Source of the DNA: Paraspadella gotoi
Lineage: Eukaryota > Animalia > Chaetognatha
Direction: 5' to 3'
NCBI GenBank assembly: GCA_051294375.1
Contig: CM119266.1
Coordinates: 11,477,113-11,541,112, forward strand
DNA length: 64,000 nucleotides
A model generated the notes under the pieces. The model was given only the letters and a program-made list of their open reading frames with translations. It did not search any database and was not told the DNA's origin. Made by a program: the position numbers and the translations under genes. Each line of letters starts with the position of its first letter. Positions within the stretch are counted from its first letter, which is position 1. Below, piece by piece: positions 28,540 to 59,135 of the stretch.

Positions 28540-29524
28540 GTTACTCACCCAGGCATACCATAATTACCTATAATTGGGCACCCCTTCGCTCTGCCCGAAT
28601 TAAAAAAAAAATATTGAGTATTTTTCGAACCGTGGCGATCGAATTGAATCTGAAATCTTGATAGTATCAGGTCAGATCGTAAATCTTATTGTCAATTATT
28701 GTTAATTCAATTTGTAAAAAAAAGGGAATGCGGTACGATAACGAGGTAAAATTTTGGTGTTTTTTTAGAAGAATTAGATTATATTCTTTGTAATTAAGTT
28801 ACACAGTTATGCTCGTTTTACTACAGAATCGGCGTATCATGCGCCAAATCTAATTTTAAATAAAATGATTTATCGGCACCATTATTTTCTTTACATGAGT
28901 AACAAAACGGAAAGGTCTCATCGACGAAATAAGCGAAAGACGAGAAATACAATATGTCAAAAGCAATTTGGTTTTTTTCTGATTATGTTTTAACAACCGA
29001 CGAGAAATGTTCTGTTCATTTACAATTTTCAAAACAGTAGTCTAATAATTTATTAACTTGAATATAGTTGAAAATATATACTTACAAAATAAGTACTCAA
29101 TTTCATCCATTAATCTCTATTCTCGCCTCCCACCCCCTATTCCACTAATTACCTAAACCACCCCCACTACCCGCAAAAAACCACCACCCCCCCTTCCAAC
29201 AGGTTCATCGATTCCTATTTGAAATCCGACGGAGTCCTCGTTCTCAAACTGATTCGCCACAATCTCGGCGTCAACACTTGTTGCGAAGTCACGGAGGGCC
29301 TCTTCAAACAATTCCAGACGCAGGAGACCAAATTCAAGGAGCTGTCGTCCTCATCGTCGTCGTCGTCGCCGTCGTCGGCCGCGAAGGGCGCGAAATACGT
29401 CAACGACGACGAGGACGACGACGAGGTTAGCCGCGCGACGTCGCCCGGGTTCAACGGGACTTTGATTCGCTCCGACGGCGACGACGATTCTTTGCTGAGG
29501 AGGAACGTCGCCACGCCGGTGTGA
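25047..29524 (+). CDS. inx: Innexin paralog 2, ~461 aa; exons 25047-25211, 26267-26501, 26834-27075, 27300-27521, 27912-28111, 29203-29524
   Basis: Same motifs as paralog 1 (YYQWVP, FPMLAMC, CTLPLNLYNDK, FIDSYLKSDG). Continuous frame across GT-AG junctions; exons 1 and 2 are the same length as in paralog 1. Confidence 0.95.
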
Positions 29525-30566
29525 TGAAAAGCGGCGCGGGTGTGAAGAATGCGGGGCCAAGAGGATTCTGCGGCGCTGGAAAGCGGGCTGCGATGCCGGG
29601 TCAAATTGTGGCGCTGGGATTTGTCTCTATAAACAGAATGATTACAGAATGATTACTGCAGGGCTGATTAGAAGCGTGGGCGCTGATGGTGATATCCGCG
29701 TGAACTCGTGGGTCATCTCTCGTCACGTGACCTCAAGTGTCACGCAACGCGATCCTTTTCACTTCGTACGAGATTAGCCCGGAGACCCTCAATACCGTTG
29801 CCTTTTTTCCCTTCAATATTACGAATTAGCTTTGTTTTGCTCAACATTAATTTTTACTTTTCATTATGTCAACGAAGGAAGTAGGCTTGGTTTACTATCG
29901 ATAATTTATATGAGTTTTATTTACACTAATAAACGAAGAGATAATAATTATTGAGGGAGATTATGAGAGTTATTTCTTACTAGGATTAAAATAACTTTCG
30001 GTTTTTTTACGATTATGTTCGTTAACAAATTTTGTTATAGTAATTTGAAACGTCAACTGCTTGTTATTTTTAATTAACGGCCGCATTACAGAACCATTTC
30101 CTCTTTTGTAATGTCCTCTGCATTTTTGTCTTCCTCTGCTCCAAATTAGTGTCTATTTTTTGAACATATTGTCATGCGACTTTGCTAATTGTTTTTAAAT
30201 TAACTTGGTTTAACTGAAATATAAATTATCTTGAAAGATAGTAGTCACAGTTATTAACATTCTGCTCGATAGCTCCTGTACACGGACGATTACTTTCTAA
30301 AAATAACCACTCATTCGTATTTTTGCGCCTTTTCATTTCGACTTCGAGGCTGAAGATAAAAAAATTAGGAAAAACATTCAAGAGAAAAAAGTGAAGAGCA
30401 AGAGAAAAAAAAAGTCGGCACAAGCCACCGAGATAAAGATCGAACAAAGAACCTAAAACAAGAAAAAGAAAGAAAAAAAAATTAAAAGCTCGGTTCGATC
30501 GACGTCCCGAGCAGGATTCTTTGTTTCGAGAATTCCCCTCTGTTCTCAACCAGAATAGAGCAGTCA

Positions 30567-30639
30567 GCCCCCGTGGCCTAATGGATAAGGCGTTGGACTT
30601 CTAATTCAAAGATTGCGGGTTCGAGTCCCGCCGGGGGTA
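30567..30639 (+). tRNA. tRNA-Arg(UCU), intronless
   Basis: GCCCCCGTGGCCTAATGGATAAGGCGTTGGACTTCTAATTCAAAGATTGCGGGTTCGAGTCCCGCCGGGGGTA is a 73-nt cloverleaf with TCT anticodon, followed by a T5 Pol III terminator. Confidence 0.96.
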
Positions 30640-31511
30640 GTTTTTGGTATCTTCTTTGTAGCTTTTTTAAATTACAATGTCGGATATTGTTAATATGGAA
30701 GTTCTTTACATTTTAAAATCAATGCAATTTAAATTGTTAAAAATATATAAAAATTATTCTTTGAACGGAGTAAACGATTTTGGACCTCCGTTGTTTTCAT
30801 TTTGAGAGGTTAATTCTACAGTAAATTATAATACAATAGTATACGTTGATTAGAACCTCATCCTAAGAACTATCCTTTTATTCTTTGAATTTTTCTTTTA
30901 AAATTAGTTTTTAAATTGAAATATGTATTGGATTTTTAAATATTTTTGTTAAAGTTAAAGTTAAAGATGATTAACCATAATTTTTTATAATAGTTTTTCA
31001 GAGTTTTTATACTTAATTTATTTAATCACTCAAACATATTTCGTTGCTGCATTTATTCATTTATTCAACCCAAGGGTCAAAACGAAGGTCCTGGTTTTTC
31101 CTCGATTCATTTATTCCTATTCAATCGGATTCATGACGATCGGCGCCTTTTTGTCGCCAATTTTTGGGTCCCTTACACATCGTTTCTCTCTCTCTCTCGT
31201 CCTCTCCTCTCCTCTCTTCGCCGTCTCTTCTCTCTGTCCTCTCTCCTTCCTTCTCGTGCCTCTCTCTCTCATTCTCTCTCTGGTTCGCTGGCTCTCGTTC
31301 AGCCACTCTCCCTCGGATTCCATCGTCATGGAACAAATTTGCAAAGAGAGAATCTTTTGTTTACCGAAAAATCGATTCCAATTTTTACGTCGTGCATTTC
31401 GTGCATGCACAACTTTCAGGCTTTAACACNNNNNNNNNNNNNNNNNNNNNNNNNCCGGAAACATGACGCGCGCCAAATTGGAAGAAGGAGAGAGACAGAG
31501 AGAGGAGAAAG

Positions 31512-31593
<82 letters not shown>

Positions 31594-31656
31594 AGAGAGA
31601 GAGAGGAGGACAGAGAGAGAGAAAGAGAGAGAAGAGAGAGAGATGAGAGAGAGAGA

Positions 31657-31693
<37 letters not shown>

Positions 31694-31829
31694 CGCGAGG
31701 GAAAACGAGCACCCCGTTGAACGGTTCGTCTCATCGTCCGAGGCCACTAATGCCAACTCGCGCGCTATCGCGTGTCTGCGTGCAACTGCGCGCGCTTGCG
31801 TGCGTCACCTTAACTGCCTTCTCCTCTTC

Positions 31830-34353
<2,524 letters not shown>

Positions 34354-35167
34354 TCTCTCTTTCATCTCACCACACGGACTAAATCTCCCGGAATCGCGAC
34401 GTTGGGTTATTTTTTTTCCTGCGAACTCGACCGCCTTCTTCTTCTTTCTTCTTCGACAGACGAGACGAGATACATTTATGTTTCCACGGATCAACCTCGT
34501 CGTTGTTGTTGTTGTCGTTGTTGTCGTCGTCGTCGTCCAATGTCGAGACGATCTCCGATTTCGTGCCCAATTTCGCCTTTTGTTTTTTTCTTTTTCTTTT
34601 TTTCTGACCGTTTCGGCGCTCGCTCGACCCACGCAGCTTATTTTCTCTTTTTTTTTTCTTAATATTTATGAATATTTTTTTTTGTTTTCGTCTTTCCACT
34701 TTTCCTCCATATTGTAGACTCACACATCCGTCTGAGGCTCAAAGATAACCCAGTCTGATTCGGAATCTAAAAAAAGCATGTACACTCTCGCTTAAATCTC
34801 TCTCTCTCTCATCGTCTCTCATATCTAGTCTCCTCTCGTCAGTCTCATGCTCTCTCTTGTCTCTACTCTCTCTGCTCTCGTCCCTCGATCTCGTCTCTCT
34901 CTCTCTACTATTTCTTTTTTCTCCGTGTCCTTGTCTGACGTTTGTCTGTTTGCTTTCTCTTTTTTATTTCGTTCTGTGTATTTTCGCTTTTTCGTCTTCC
35001 GAAAGATGACGTTTCCGGTTCGTTCCCGGGTTGAATCGCTTATCACTCGCTCTCCATTCGACGAGTGACTCGCTCTCGCTTCGAATTATTTTTTGACGAA
35101 ATCGTCGCTCGTCACGTGACATCATGAGAATCGATTACAACGTCGATGAAATCTCCAATTTCTCATG

Positions 35168-35276
<109 letters not shown>

Positions 35277-36185
35277 ATAAGCGAAACTCAGCTGAATAAA
35301 CAATTCTGTATTCGAGATAACGTCGTCTTCGTCATCGTCGTCATCTTCGTCGTCGTTCACGATCATCCTTGTCATCCCCGTGATCGTCTGTTTACATCGT
35401 AGAAAGTCGAACACAAAGAGCGAAAAAAAGAAAGAAAAAAAGAAAAAAAAGCTTTTCTTTTTTTTTATCGTCGAGTGTAAACGACGAAACGGTCATAGCG
35501 ACGCCTTATTTATATTCACTCTCCCCGTTTGTTAACCGTCAGCGGATTTAGTATATTTTCAGTATTCAAATCTGGTTCTCTCGCGGGAAAACCGTTTCCT
35601 CGAATTGTTTGTTTATCTTGGACATCAACGAATATTTCTAGATTTCTGACAAGGATTCCGACAGGATGGAATGGAGAGGCGATCACTCGCTTCCCCCTCA
35701 AATAAATCTTCGCTGTAGTTCGTCAAACGTCAAAAGTCAAAACGTCGCAAACTTTTTCCCTCCATTTGTCAAATCGATTCTGACGAACGTTCGACGACTA
35801 CGACTAATGACGAAGCGATGATGATGAGGACGATCGAAAGGGCCACCTGCCGGTCGATCCTCCGCCGTCGCCGTCGCTTCTCATTAAAAATTTCTTCCAC
35901 CAAAACAAAAAAAGCAACAACGAAATCTCAAAGTGAACACGTGTGCGATGTTCGTCTGCATCATCGACGCAAAGCGCGACCCTCCCTCCATCGCACGTCT
36001 GAGTAATCATCTGTGCCCACCTCCCTCACCACAACCCTCCACCTTCGCCCACCCACTCCCCACCCCACGCCCTTTTTCTTTAAGCCATGTGGCCACCGAG
36101 ATTCTTTTCAAGGTCTCTCGCCCGTGGAGGCAAAAACCTCCATCGCCCACCTCCCGCCAAATGAGGAAGGATTTTCGATGCTCGA

Positions 36186-36313
<128 letters not shown>

Positions 36314-36604
36314 AGCTTCCACGATTTCAGAATCACGTTTGAGCGACCTTCGAATAAGAGTCAATGAATAAAAGGAAAAATAAAGCGAAAATTCGCCTCG
36401 AAAAGACGAACCACACGACGAAGCGTAACGTATAACTTTTGTCTTTCTTTTTTTGTTTCTTTCTTTCTATCTTTCCTCCTTTCTTTTTTCATTTCTTTCT
36501 TTCTCTCTTTCTTTTACTTTTTGTATTTGTATTTTTCTCAATTTTTCTTTCTTTCCGACATTCTTTCTCTCTTTTTTTAACTTTTTTATTTTTATTTTTT
36601 ATTT

Positions 36605-36667
<63 letters not shown>

Positions 36668-36977
36668 ATCTTTCTTTCTTTCTTTCTTTCTATCTTTCTT
36701 TCTTTCTTTTACTATTTTTTCCCCTTTTTTTTCTATCATTCTTTCTTTCCTTCTTTCTCTCTATCTTTTATTCTTTCTTTCTTTCTCCTTTTTATCCATT
36801 CCTTTACTTCTTTCTTTTTTTCTTTATTTTTAACACTCATACAACAATAAACAAATCTGACACATGCTCCAGATTGTGACTTTTAAGCCCCTAAACTGCC
36901 GAATTCGCTACTTCGTGATTTCCGATGGATTCTGCGATCTATTTCTCGCTTTCCTTTTAACCCTTTTTTGAGGGTCT

Positions 36978-37028
<51 letters not shown>

Positions 37029-37030
37029 CT

Positions 37031-37123
<93 letters not shown>

Positions 37124-38451
37124 CTCTCTATCTCTCTCCTTCTCTCTCTAGCTCTCTCTCGCTTTAATTTCCTGTTTCTTACGTTTTTTCCCGTATCGGA
37201 GTTCATCGTTTTCTGGCGAGTCGGAAAACCCCACGTAAAAAAAGAAAAAAAAAAGGAAAAAAAAAAAACGTCGGTTGAACAAAGAAGAATTTTTCTCCTT
37301 CTTTTTTTCTTTTCTTTTTTTCCAGTTTGCATTTTTCCATCATTTATTATAAAAGGCTCGACCAGACATCTCTGGTGGAGTTTTATTACCACCCTGCCAG
37401 CATCAAAGGTGCCTTTGTGTCGGTCCGGGGAAATTTTTTTTCTTTCTCTCGTTTATTTTTCATTTTTCAATTTCGCACCCCCCCCCACCATTACCGATTG
37501 TCGATTCATTTCATTTCTTTTTTCCTAAACACTCTCTTCTCTCTCTTTTTCCTTTCCAGGTTTTAGAAACGGCGCCAAAGTTCGTCTCAAGACTTTGGAG
37601 TCTCTCTAAATCTAAATCTACAAGTAGACTTCATTTATTTTCTTTTTCTAAAACGTCTATCGACTTCCTGTCTTCATACCTTAGACTGTACGTACACACG
37701 TTTTCATCCCGTAGAACGAAATATAATTGTAGCGGAAATTTGAAAAAAAAAAAAATAAACAAAGGAACAAACGATTGAAACTACAACGGCTTTAGCGTCA
37801 TCGCCAACTACTAATAAAAAGCTTGAGAAGCCATCGCTTCTTCGGGTGCAACAATAAATTTGCTTCGCCTCTCACACGTTTAAAATATTTTGCGTTGTTC
37901 TTTTTGGTCGACTTTTTGTTTTTATTTACATCACCGCCAACTCACTTGTCTACACTGCCATCTACACGAGCCACGTCAACTTTTAATTTGTTCTTGCTTC
38001 GATTATAATTACTAAAACTCAGACGACGAAATATAGATTTAATGAATACACTAAACTAACTTCTTCGCCACCTTCGTTGTATATTTTTTTATAATCCGTC
38101 TCGTTTCAACTACCCCTTCGTATATATAGGAACGAACTTAGGCGCGCAAATAGGAGAAATATAGCATCTCTATCTCTCTCTCGTTCTCTCTTTTACTCTC
38201 TTTCTATTTTTTGAAACTCACCCACGTGCAAAAAAATAAATTTAATAAAACGGAAAAAAAAAGAAGAAAAAAGAAAGAAAGAAAACCGAATGGAGAGAAA
38301 GATCGGAGAAGGATGACACGGATCACAGGTTTGTTGACATTGTCATCCCCGTTTGCTTTTGAGAATTTCCCGGGACAATAAATTACAATAAAAACAGGAT
38401 CTTATCTCGGAATCGCCTTCGAAGAATGTTCCTCGTCGGTCCTCTTCCAAA

Positions 38452-53525
<15,074 letters not shown>

Positions 53526-54422
53526 TTCGTCGCTGAGAGGAGAGAGGGCGCGCGCGAGTCCTTTCTCTTTTCGAAAAAAACAAGAAAATAACAAAAACCC
53601 GACGCAACGTTCGCAAAACAGTGATTACTTCCATAAAGCGGGAGGGATTTAAAGAAGAAAAGAAAAAAAACTTAGAAAAATGGACCGGCGAGGGTAATGA
53701 AAGGCGGAGAGAAGGTTGGAAAAAAATAAAAGAGCATCAATCGAAAGCGGACAAAAGATAGAAAAAACAAGAAAGATGGATTAAATTCAATTTTTAGAAA
53801 AGATCTGTGAATTCATTTAAATCTATCTCTCTCTCTTTTAGCCATCTATTTCAATTTTTAAAAAAACAACTCTAGTCCAATTAACGTCGCCGCCATTTTT
53901 TCCTCTTCTTTTCGCTTTGATTCGTTGACGTCATATCATCGTTTCCGCTTAAAAAAAATTTATGATCGCATTAAACGAACTTCGCTTCTTCTTCTTCTCT
54001 CCTACGCCCCTCCTAATTCTCTCGACTTTGTAGTGATTAGTTAAAAAAAATCATTTATTTATAATTCATTAGTTTAATACGCTTTGAAGTTTGAACGTTA
54101 AGACTCTCGGTTTTTTTTTTTTCATCGGGGCATAATACTTTTTTTTTCATCTCTCGCAACTCGAACAACGCTCATATCATTGAATATACTGCGAAACGTC
54201 GATATAACGTTATAGTATTTTAAGTATTGTACAATCTAAGTTTAACCTTTGACTCATACGAAAGCGTTACTATTGTCGTTTCGTTGGATTTCGATCATGT
54301 TTTTTCTTAAGTTCTGTCCTTTTTTCACAGCTCACCTCATTTTGTATCAAGAACGATTTTTTAGGCTAATTGAACACACGCCAATATTTGCCTTTTGCGC
54401 CGAGTCTCATTTCTGCTCATCG

Positions 54423-54504
<82 letters not shown>
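54423..54504. repeat. (CAT)n microsatellite, probably in a 3' UTR or intergenic region
   Basis: Direct reading. Confidence 0.95.
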
Positions 54505-55326
54505 TCTAATTGGCTTTCAATTTTCTTTTCACGTGGTCATTTTACATTCCGTCTTTTTAAGACAAATTATTTTTCCGTCGCTGTCCACCTAATTTTATGT
54601 CTTTTCGTCGTCTTATTACTGTATCTCAGTACTGCCTAAACTCGTAAGCAGAAAAAGTCGATATTTCAAGTTTTAAACAAAACTTAGCCGATTTTTATTA
54701 AAAAAAAAATCATTATTAAAAAACGAAGAATCTATAGGAGATACATCATGTTTCTTCGAGACTACATAGTCGAATGTTGATACGCGGTGTCGGTCGAGAG
54801 GCCACGCCCAAGTTTCTCTTCTCCTCTCTGCGGAGTTTTCTTCTGTGAATTTGACAGTTTATTATCCCCTCCTCCTTTAAAAAAAAACAAAAATAAAAAC
54901 AAAAACAGTTTTTTGTTTTGTTTTTTTTTCTCGTTACTCATATTCACCAACTTCCCCCCACTGTTATTGTCTCTCTCTCTATATATATAGCAATCGTGAC
55001 AGTATTGGATAAAAACCAAAAAAAATTGATTTCTTGAAAATATACAATCGCATGTTAATCGAAGCGTTATTGTCTTTCGGGTTTGAGATGAATAGATTAT
55101 CAAATCCAGATACGCCTCCCCCCCCTTCTCTTTCCCGAAACATCATCGATCTTTCTCGGGTTTAGATTTTTTATTTAGAATTTATTTGTCTCCGTTTTTT
55201 TCCGAGTTACCGATTTCTTTTATTTTTTTTTTCATCATCTCGTGTTGTTCATTTTTTTTTCCTTCTTCTTTTTTTCATTTATTATCTTCTTTTTGATTGT
55301 AATCGTAATCGTAAGAGGCGTCGAAA

Positions 55327-58300
55327 ATGTCCTGCGACGGAATCGGAGAATTCGTGCCGACTCATTTCAGTCCGCAATTTAAAGAGGATCCATACCACAT
55401 CCCGGGATACGGAGGTGCTTGAGAAAAGAGAGAGGCTCGGAGGAAGGTGGCAATGGCGTGGGAAGGTGGCGAAAGAATGGTTATTCGGGAGTGGCCTCAA
55501 CGCGGAGTCGTTTAATTGGATGGGGAAAAGAGAAACGTGGTTGTATTACTGGTTGGAGTAAAGGGTTTGAAAGAAGGCGTTAAAAAGTAAGGAATTCCAG
55601 TTACAGAAGAAAGTAGCTGCTGGAAAGCGGACTCGAGAAAAGTGTCTGAAATACTGGAGGGCAAGGTCGAAGGTGTGAAACGAGTCGTTCAGTTCCTGGA
55701 TGCTAGAGGTGGCATGGAAAATGTTTTTAAAATTTTTTTTTTTCTGAAAAAAGAATCATAAAGTTTATGATTCTTTTTTCAGAAAAAAAAATAGCAATTT
55801 GTCTTTTTTGTATTACATGGTTTATGATTAACCATGTAATACAAAAAAGGAAAAAAAATAAAAACAGAACCAGAGCTAGTCGCGCGGGTTCTTCTACATA
55901 TTCGCCTTGTTTCAAATTCCCCCCCATTTTTCCCTCTCTCTTTCCTCACGTCGTTATGCAAATGAGGTTTTCCGGTTCCTTCCGCCAGGATTCGTGCCAC
56001 AATTCCAGTACAGAAGCGAAGGCAAAACGTTTTCTAACGCGACCAAATCTCTCTTCGAGAATCCCTGCGTGGCCAGCTCGGGAAAGCTCGTGCTGTCAGG
56101 TACAGTGGGAGCAGATGCAGGGAAAGGGAGCAGGTGGCGATGAATGCGACGAGCTGTCTCACGCCGATAACGGAATCGCAGTTAAGACTAAAGGATCAGC
56201 TTAGCCAGAAAACTTATGCGCAGTTACTTCTGATTACTGATCGTCTGTACTGGCTGGAACCGAGCTTGGGTTTCGTGCTCGCAGGTAAAAAGCTGATGCC
56301 GACAACCATCAGGGTTCTTTGCTCCGCTCTTTGATGGGACTTTTATCCAATTAGGGAAAATAGGTCTCCCTCGCCGCCAATGAATGTCATCGCCAATGTT
56401 TGCCTGCGTTATCAATTTTGGCGCGACGCCAAATGAGCTCGATTGTTTGTGAATGAAAACATTATGATTATCGTTTTTTTGTTTGTTTTTCCAAAGCAAC
56501 ATTTCTGAATTAGTTGGTCTTTCGTGACTTTTATTTGTAGCCAGGAAGGAGTAGCTTTCGAAAAAAGAAGCTTGCGATTTTGTCGAAACAAGATAATAAC
56601 AAATTAATGCTATAGTGAAAGAAAACCACTAATCCTCTTTTTAAACTTCGATTGACCAATTTTTTAAAAGACATCTCCGACCACGACGGCGCATCCCTCA
56701 TTAAGCCCGGGTTCGAGTGCAAAGTCTGGGAGAAAGAAATGAAGAAATGCCAGGACATTCAACAACGGTGTTTGCCGGGCTGCTACAGTCAGTTACCCGG
56801 TTCGTGTTATCGTCTCAATAATCATTAATTAATTACGCTAACTAACATCGCCTATTCTCGACTTTTCCGACCCGCAAAGTGAATTACCCTCAGTCCTACC
56901 TTTTCAAACCGGCCGTACCGAACGTCCTTTGTCCGTCGGGCTACGAGGAAAAGTGCCGGAATAACCAACTACCAGCGGTCTCTTGCGAGGAAAATCATTA
57001 TCACTGCGGACAAATGGACAGCGTGGCGTGTGCCGGCGGTTACTCGCGCGCGACGCCGCATTCACACGGATGCACGTCGGGGTTTACGCCGCCGAAGGCA
57101 CAGGTGAGTAAATTAGATTATAGGTCTTCATATATTAATTAAGTAAAAAAAAATAAGTTAAATTAAATTAAATTAATTAAATTAAATTAAGTTTCAATCT
57201 ACGAATGAAGCTACTTGATAATACATTCTCTGCTATGCTATGTAACTTATTTTAATTTTTTAAATATTTTTATAATAAATAAATATTGTGATTAAACTTT
57301 CTTTCGTTGTGTTTTTAGATAATTGAAATCGTTGCTGTATCAAGACTTTGTCTTTAATTTCAATTAATAAATAAATGAAATTAAATGAAATTTTATAAAA
57401 CTCAGAGCAACTTCGAACCCTTGGAATGCCGGGCTGCCGCTCGCATCGCGAATCTCAATTTCAATTAATTTCAATTTAATTTCAATTAATTTCAATTAAT
57501 TTCAATTAATAAATAAATGAAATTAAATGAAATTTATAAAACTCCGAGCGACTTCGAACCTTGGAATGCCGGGCTGCCGCTCGCATCGCGAATCTCGCGG
57601 CGAAGAAGAAGAATTTCAGGGACGAATACCTCATCTGTCCTTCGCAGACGGTCTATGACCCCAAGAACGATTGCAGGTGTTGCAAGCAATGAAACAAAGC
57701 TAGAAGATAAGGAAAAAAAAAACCCGAAGAAATAAAGCAATGAAATCAATAACACTTCTGTCAGTCTCGATTGCTCATCGCATATTCACTTCTTGCATTT
57801 GCAGATATTTCATGTTCAGTCAGCAAAACCAAAAGAACTGCGGCAAGTTCGTGCCGCGACCCACGCCCTCCACCGCCTGCGTTTCCATGTCTTCGTGCAA
57901 GGCATATCGATATTTCTGTTGACGAACCAAACTTGACGAGCGATTTGGAGAATAATAAACTCGCTCCATTTTTTTTTTCCAGGACATTTGCCCGTGTCCG
58001 CAGACGAAGCTGAAAATTCGACAGCTGTACCCAGAATGTGGGGGAATGGTATCAGGTACTTCCGAGTTTCCTACCGAATGTCATTAATCTTAATGAAGAG
58101 ACAGTAATTAATGTTATGTGTTAGTGAAAGAGCCGTTCAATATGAGCAGTCTCTGAGCTTCGGATCAGGCTGTAACACCGTGTTACAGGCGGGTTAAGCG
58201 CCCCCGTCCCTCTTAACTGCTAGGCGACCAACCGGGCTAAAACCCCGAACCTTTGGGTTGGGAGGCGAATGACTTGCCTCCGGCACCAATGGATTTTTGT

Positions 58301-58774
58301 TCGCCATATTACTATATTTTACAATAACAATTACTCTAACCTATTGACGAGGATACGGAGGATTCGTGCCAGGAATGAACGACTGCAGCTTGGGAGAAAA
58401 CTACAAGAAGGTGATTAGGATAACAATTAATATGAAGATCGTCAAGAATGGCAATCTATTACAAATCTTTATTCGCAGGCAACGGCGAGGGTATTGAATC
58501 AAGTAGTCGGCGGGATTAAGTCATGCCCGGGTCCTTGGACTCTCAAACTTCCGGGTAAGTTTAAGATATAAGATGTTATTCGATTCATTGTCGCATCAAA
58601 TATGATCAGAAGCATAAAAATAAAACAAAAGTACCCGTTACGCCTTTCATCCTAATATTCTTTGACTACATTTTATTTTTTTATTCTTATTTTTTTTTTT
58701 CAGACTGCGACAGGAAAAGGAGGGAAGAGCAAAGGACGAGGAAGATGTGCGGAGGCGGGGAAGGCTGGTGTTGA
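55327..58774 (+). CDS. FAM166: FAM166/CIMIP2-like ciliary microtubule inner protein, ~351 aa; exons 55327-55414, 55989-56099, 56671-56799, 56880-57103, 57549-57676, 57805-57901, 57983-58055, 58352-58410, 58479-58554, 58704-58774
   Basis: Spliced N-terminus DPYHIPGYGGFVPQFQYRSEGKTFSNATKSLFENPCVASSGKLVLS matches the FAM166A/B pattern (P.HY.PGY.G..P...Y..G.TY...T..L). A second GYG repeat reads LYPECGGMVSGYGGFVPGMNDCSLGENY. Confidence 0.8.
58090..58305 (-). mobile_element. tRNA-like SINE candidate, copy 2, antisense in a FAM166 intron
   Basis: Reverse complement aligns to 15615-15828. Confidence 0.6.
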
Positions 58775-59135
58775 AGTCACTCATTTTTTTCGAACGAAAT
58801 GTTACGGTTCGTGGGGCGAAGCGAGATTTCTTTATAATAATCAATTATTTTTCGGTAATATAACTTGTAACTTATAAAGTTAGAGTTTTAGATTATCCGA
58901 CTAATTAGCTTCGATGCTGCGCTATTATTTTTAAACCGTAGGACGCGCTCTTTTTGATGCTTATTAATATTTTTTTTAACTAGGCTCATGAAAATATTTT
59001 TAAAATCTCAACAATTTGACATTTAATGAAATTTATTTGCATGAAACAAAAACGGACACATTGAGCAATGTGGAAATGAGAGATAAAAAAAGATCCGCTT
59101 AACTGCGAAATAATCAGTCAGTCGAATTCCTACTT

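Noticed and set aside
18296-29524. Viral innexins (polydnavirus vinnexins) or an endogenous virus
   Set aside because: Both genes have five spliceosomal introns and ordinary host context; no viral genes nearby.
57352-57600. Partial duplicate of the FAM166 exon-5 start with (aatttcaatt)n spacer, superficially repeat-spacer like
   Set aside because: Local ~100-bp tandem duplication or assembly stutter; not CRISPR-like (no regular unique spacers, eukaryotic context).
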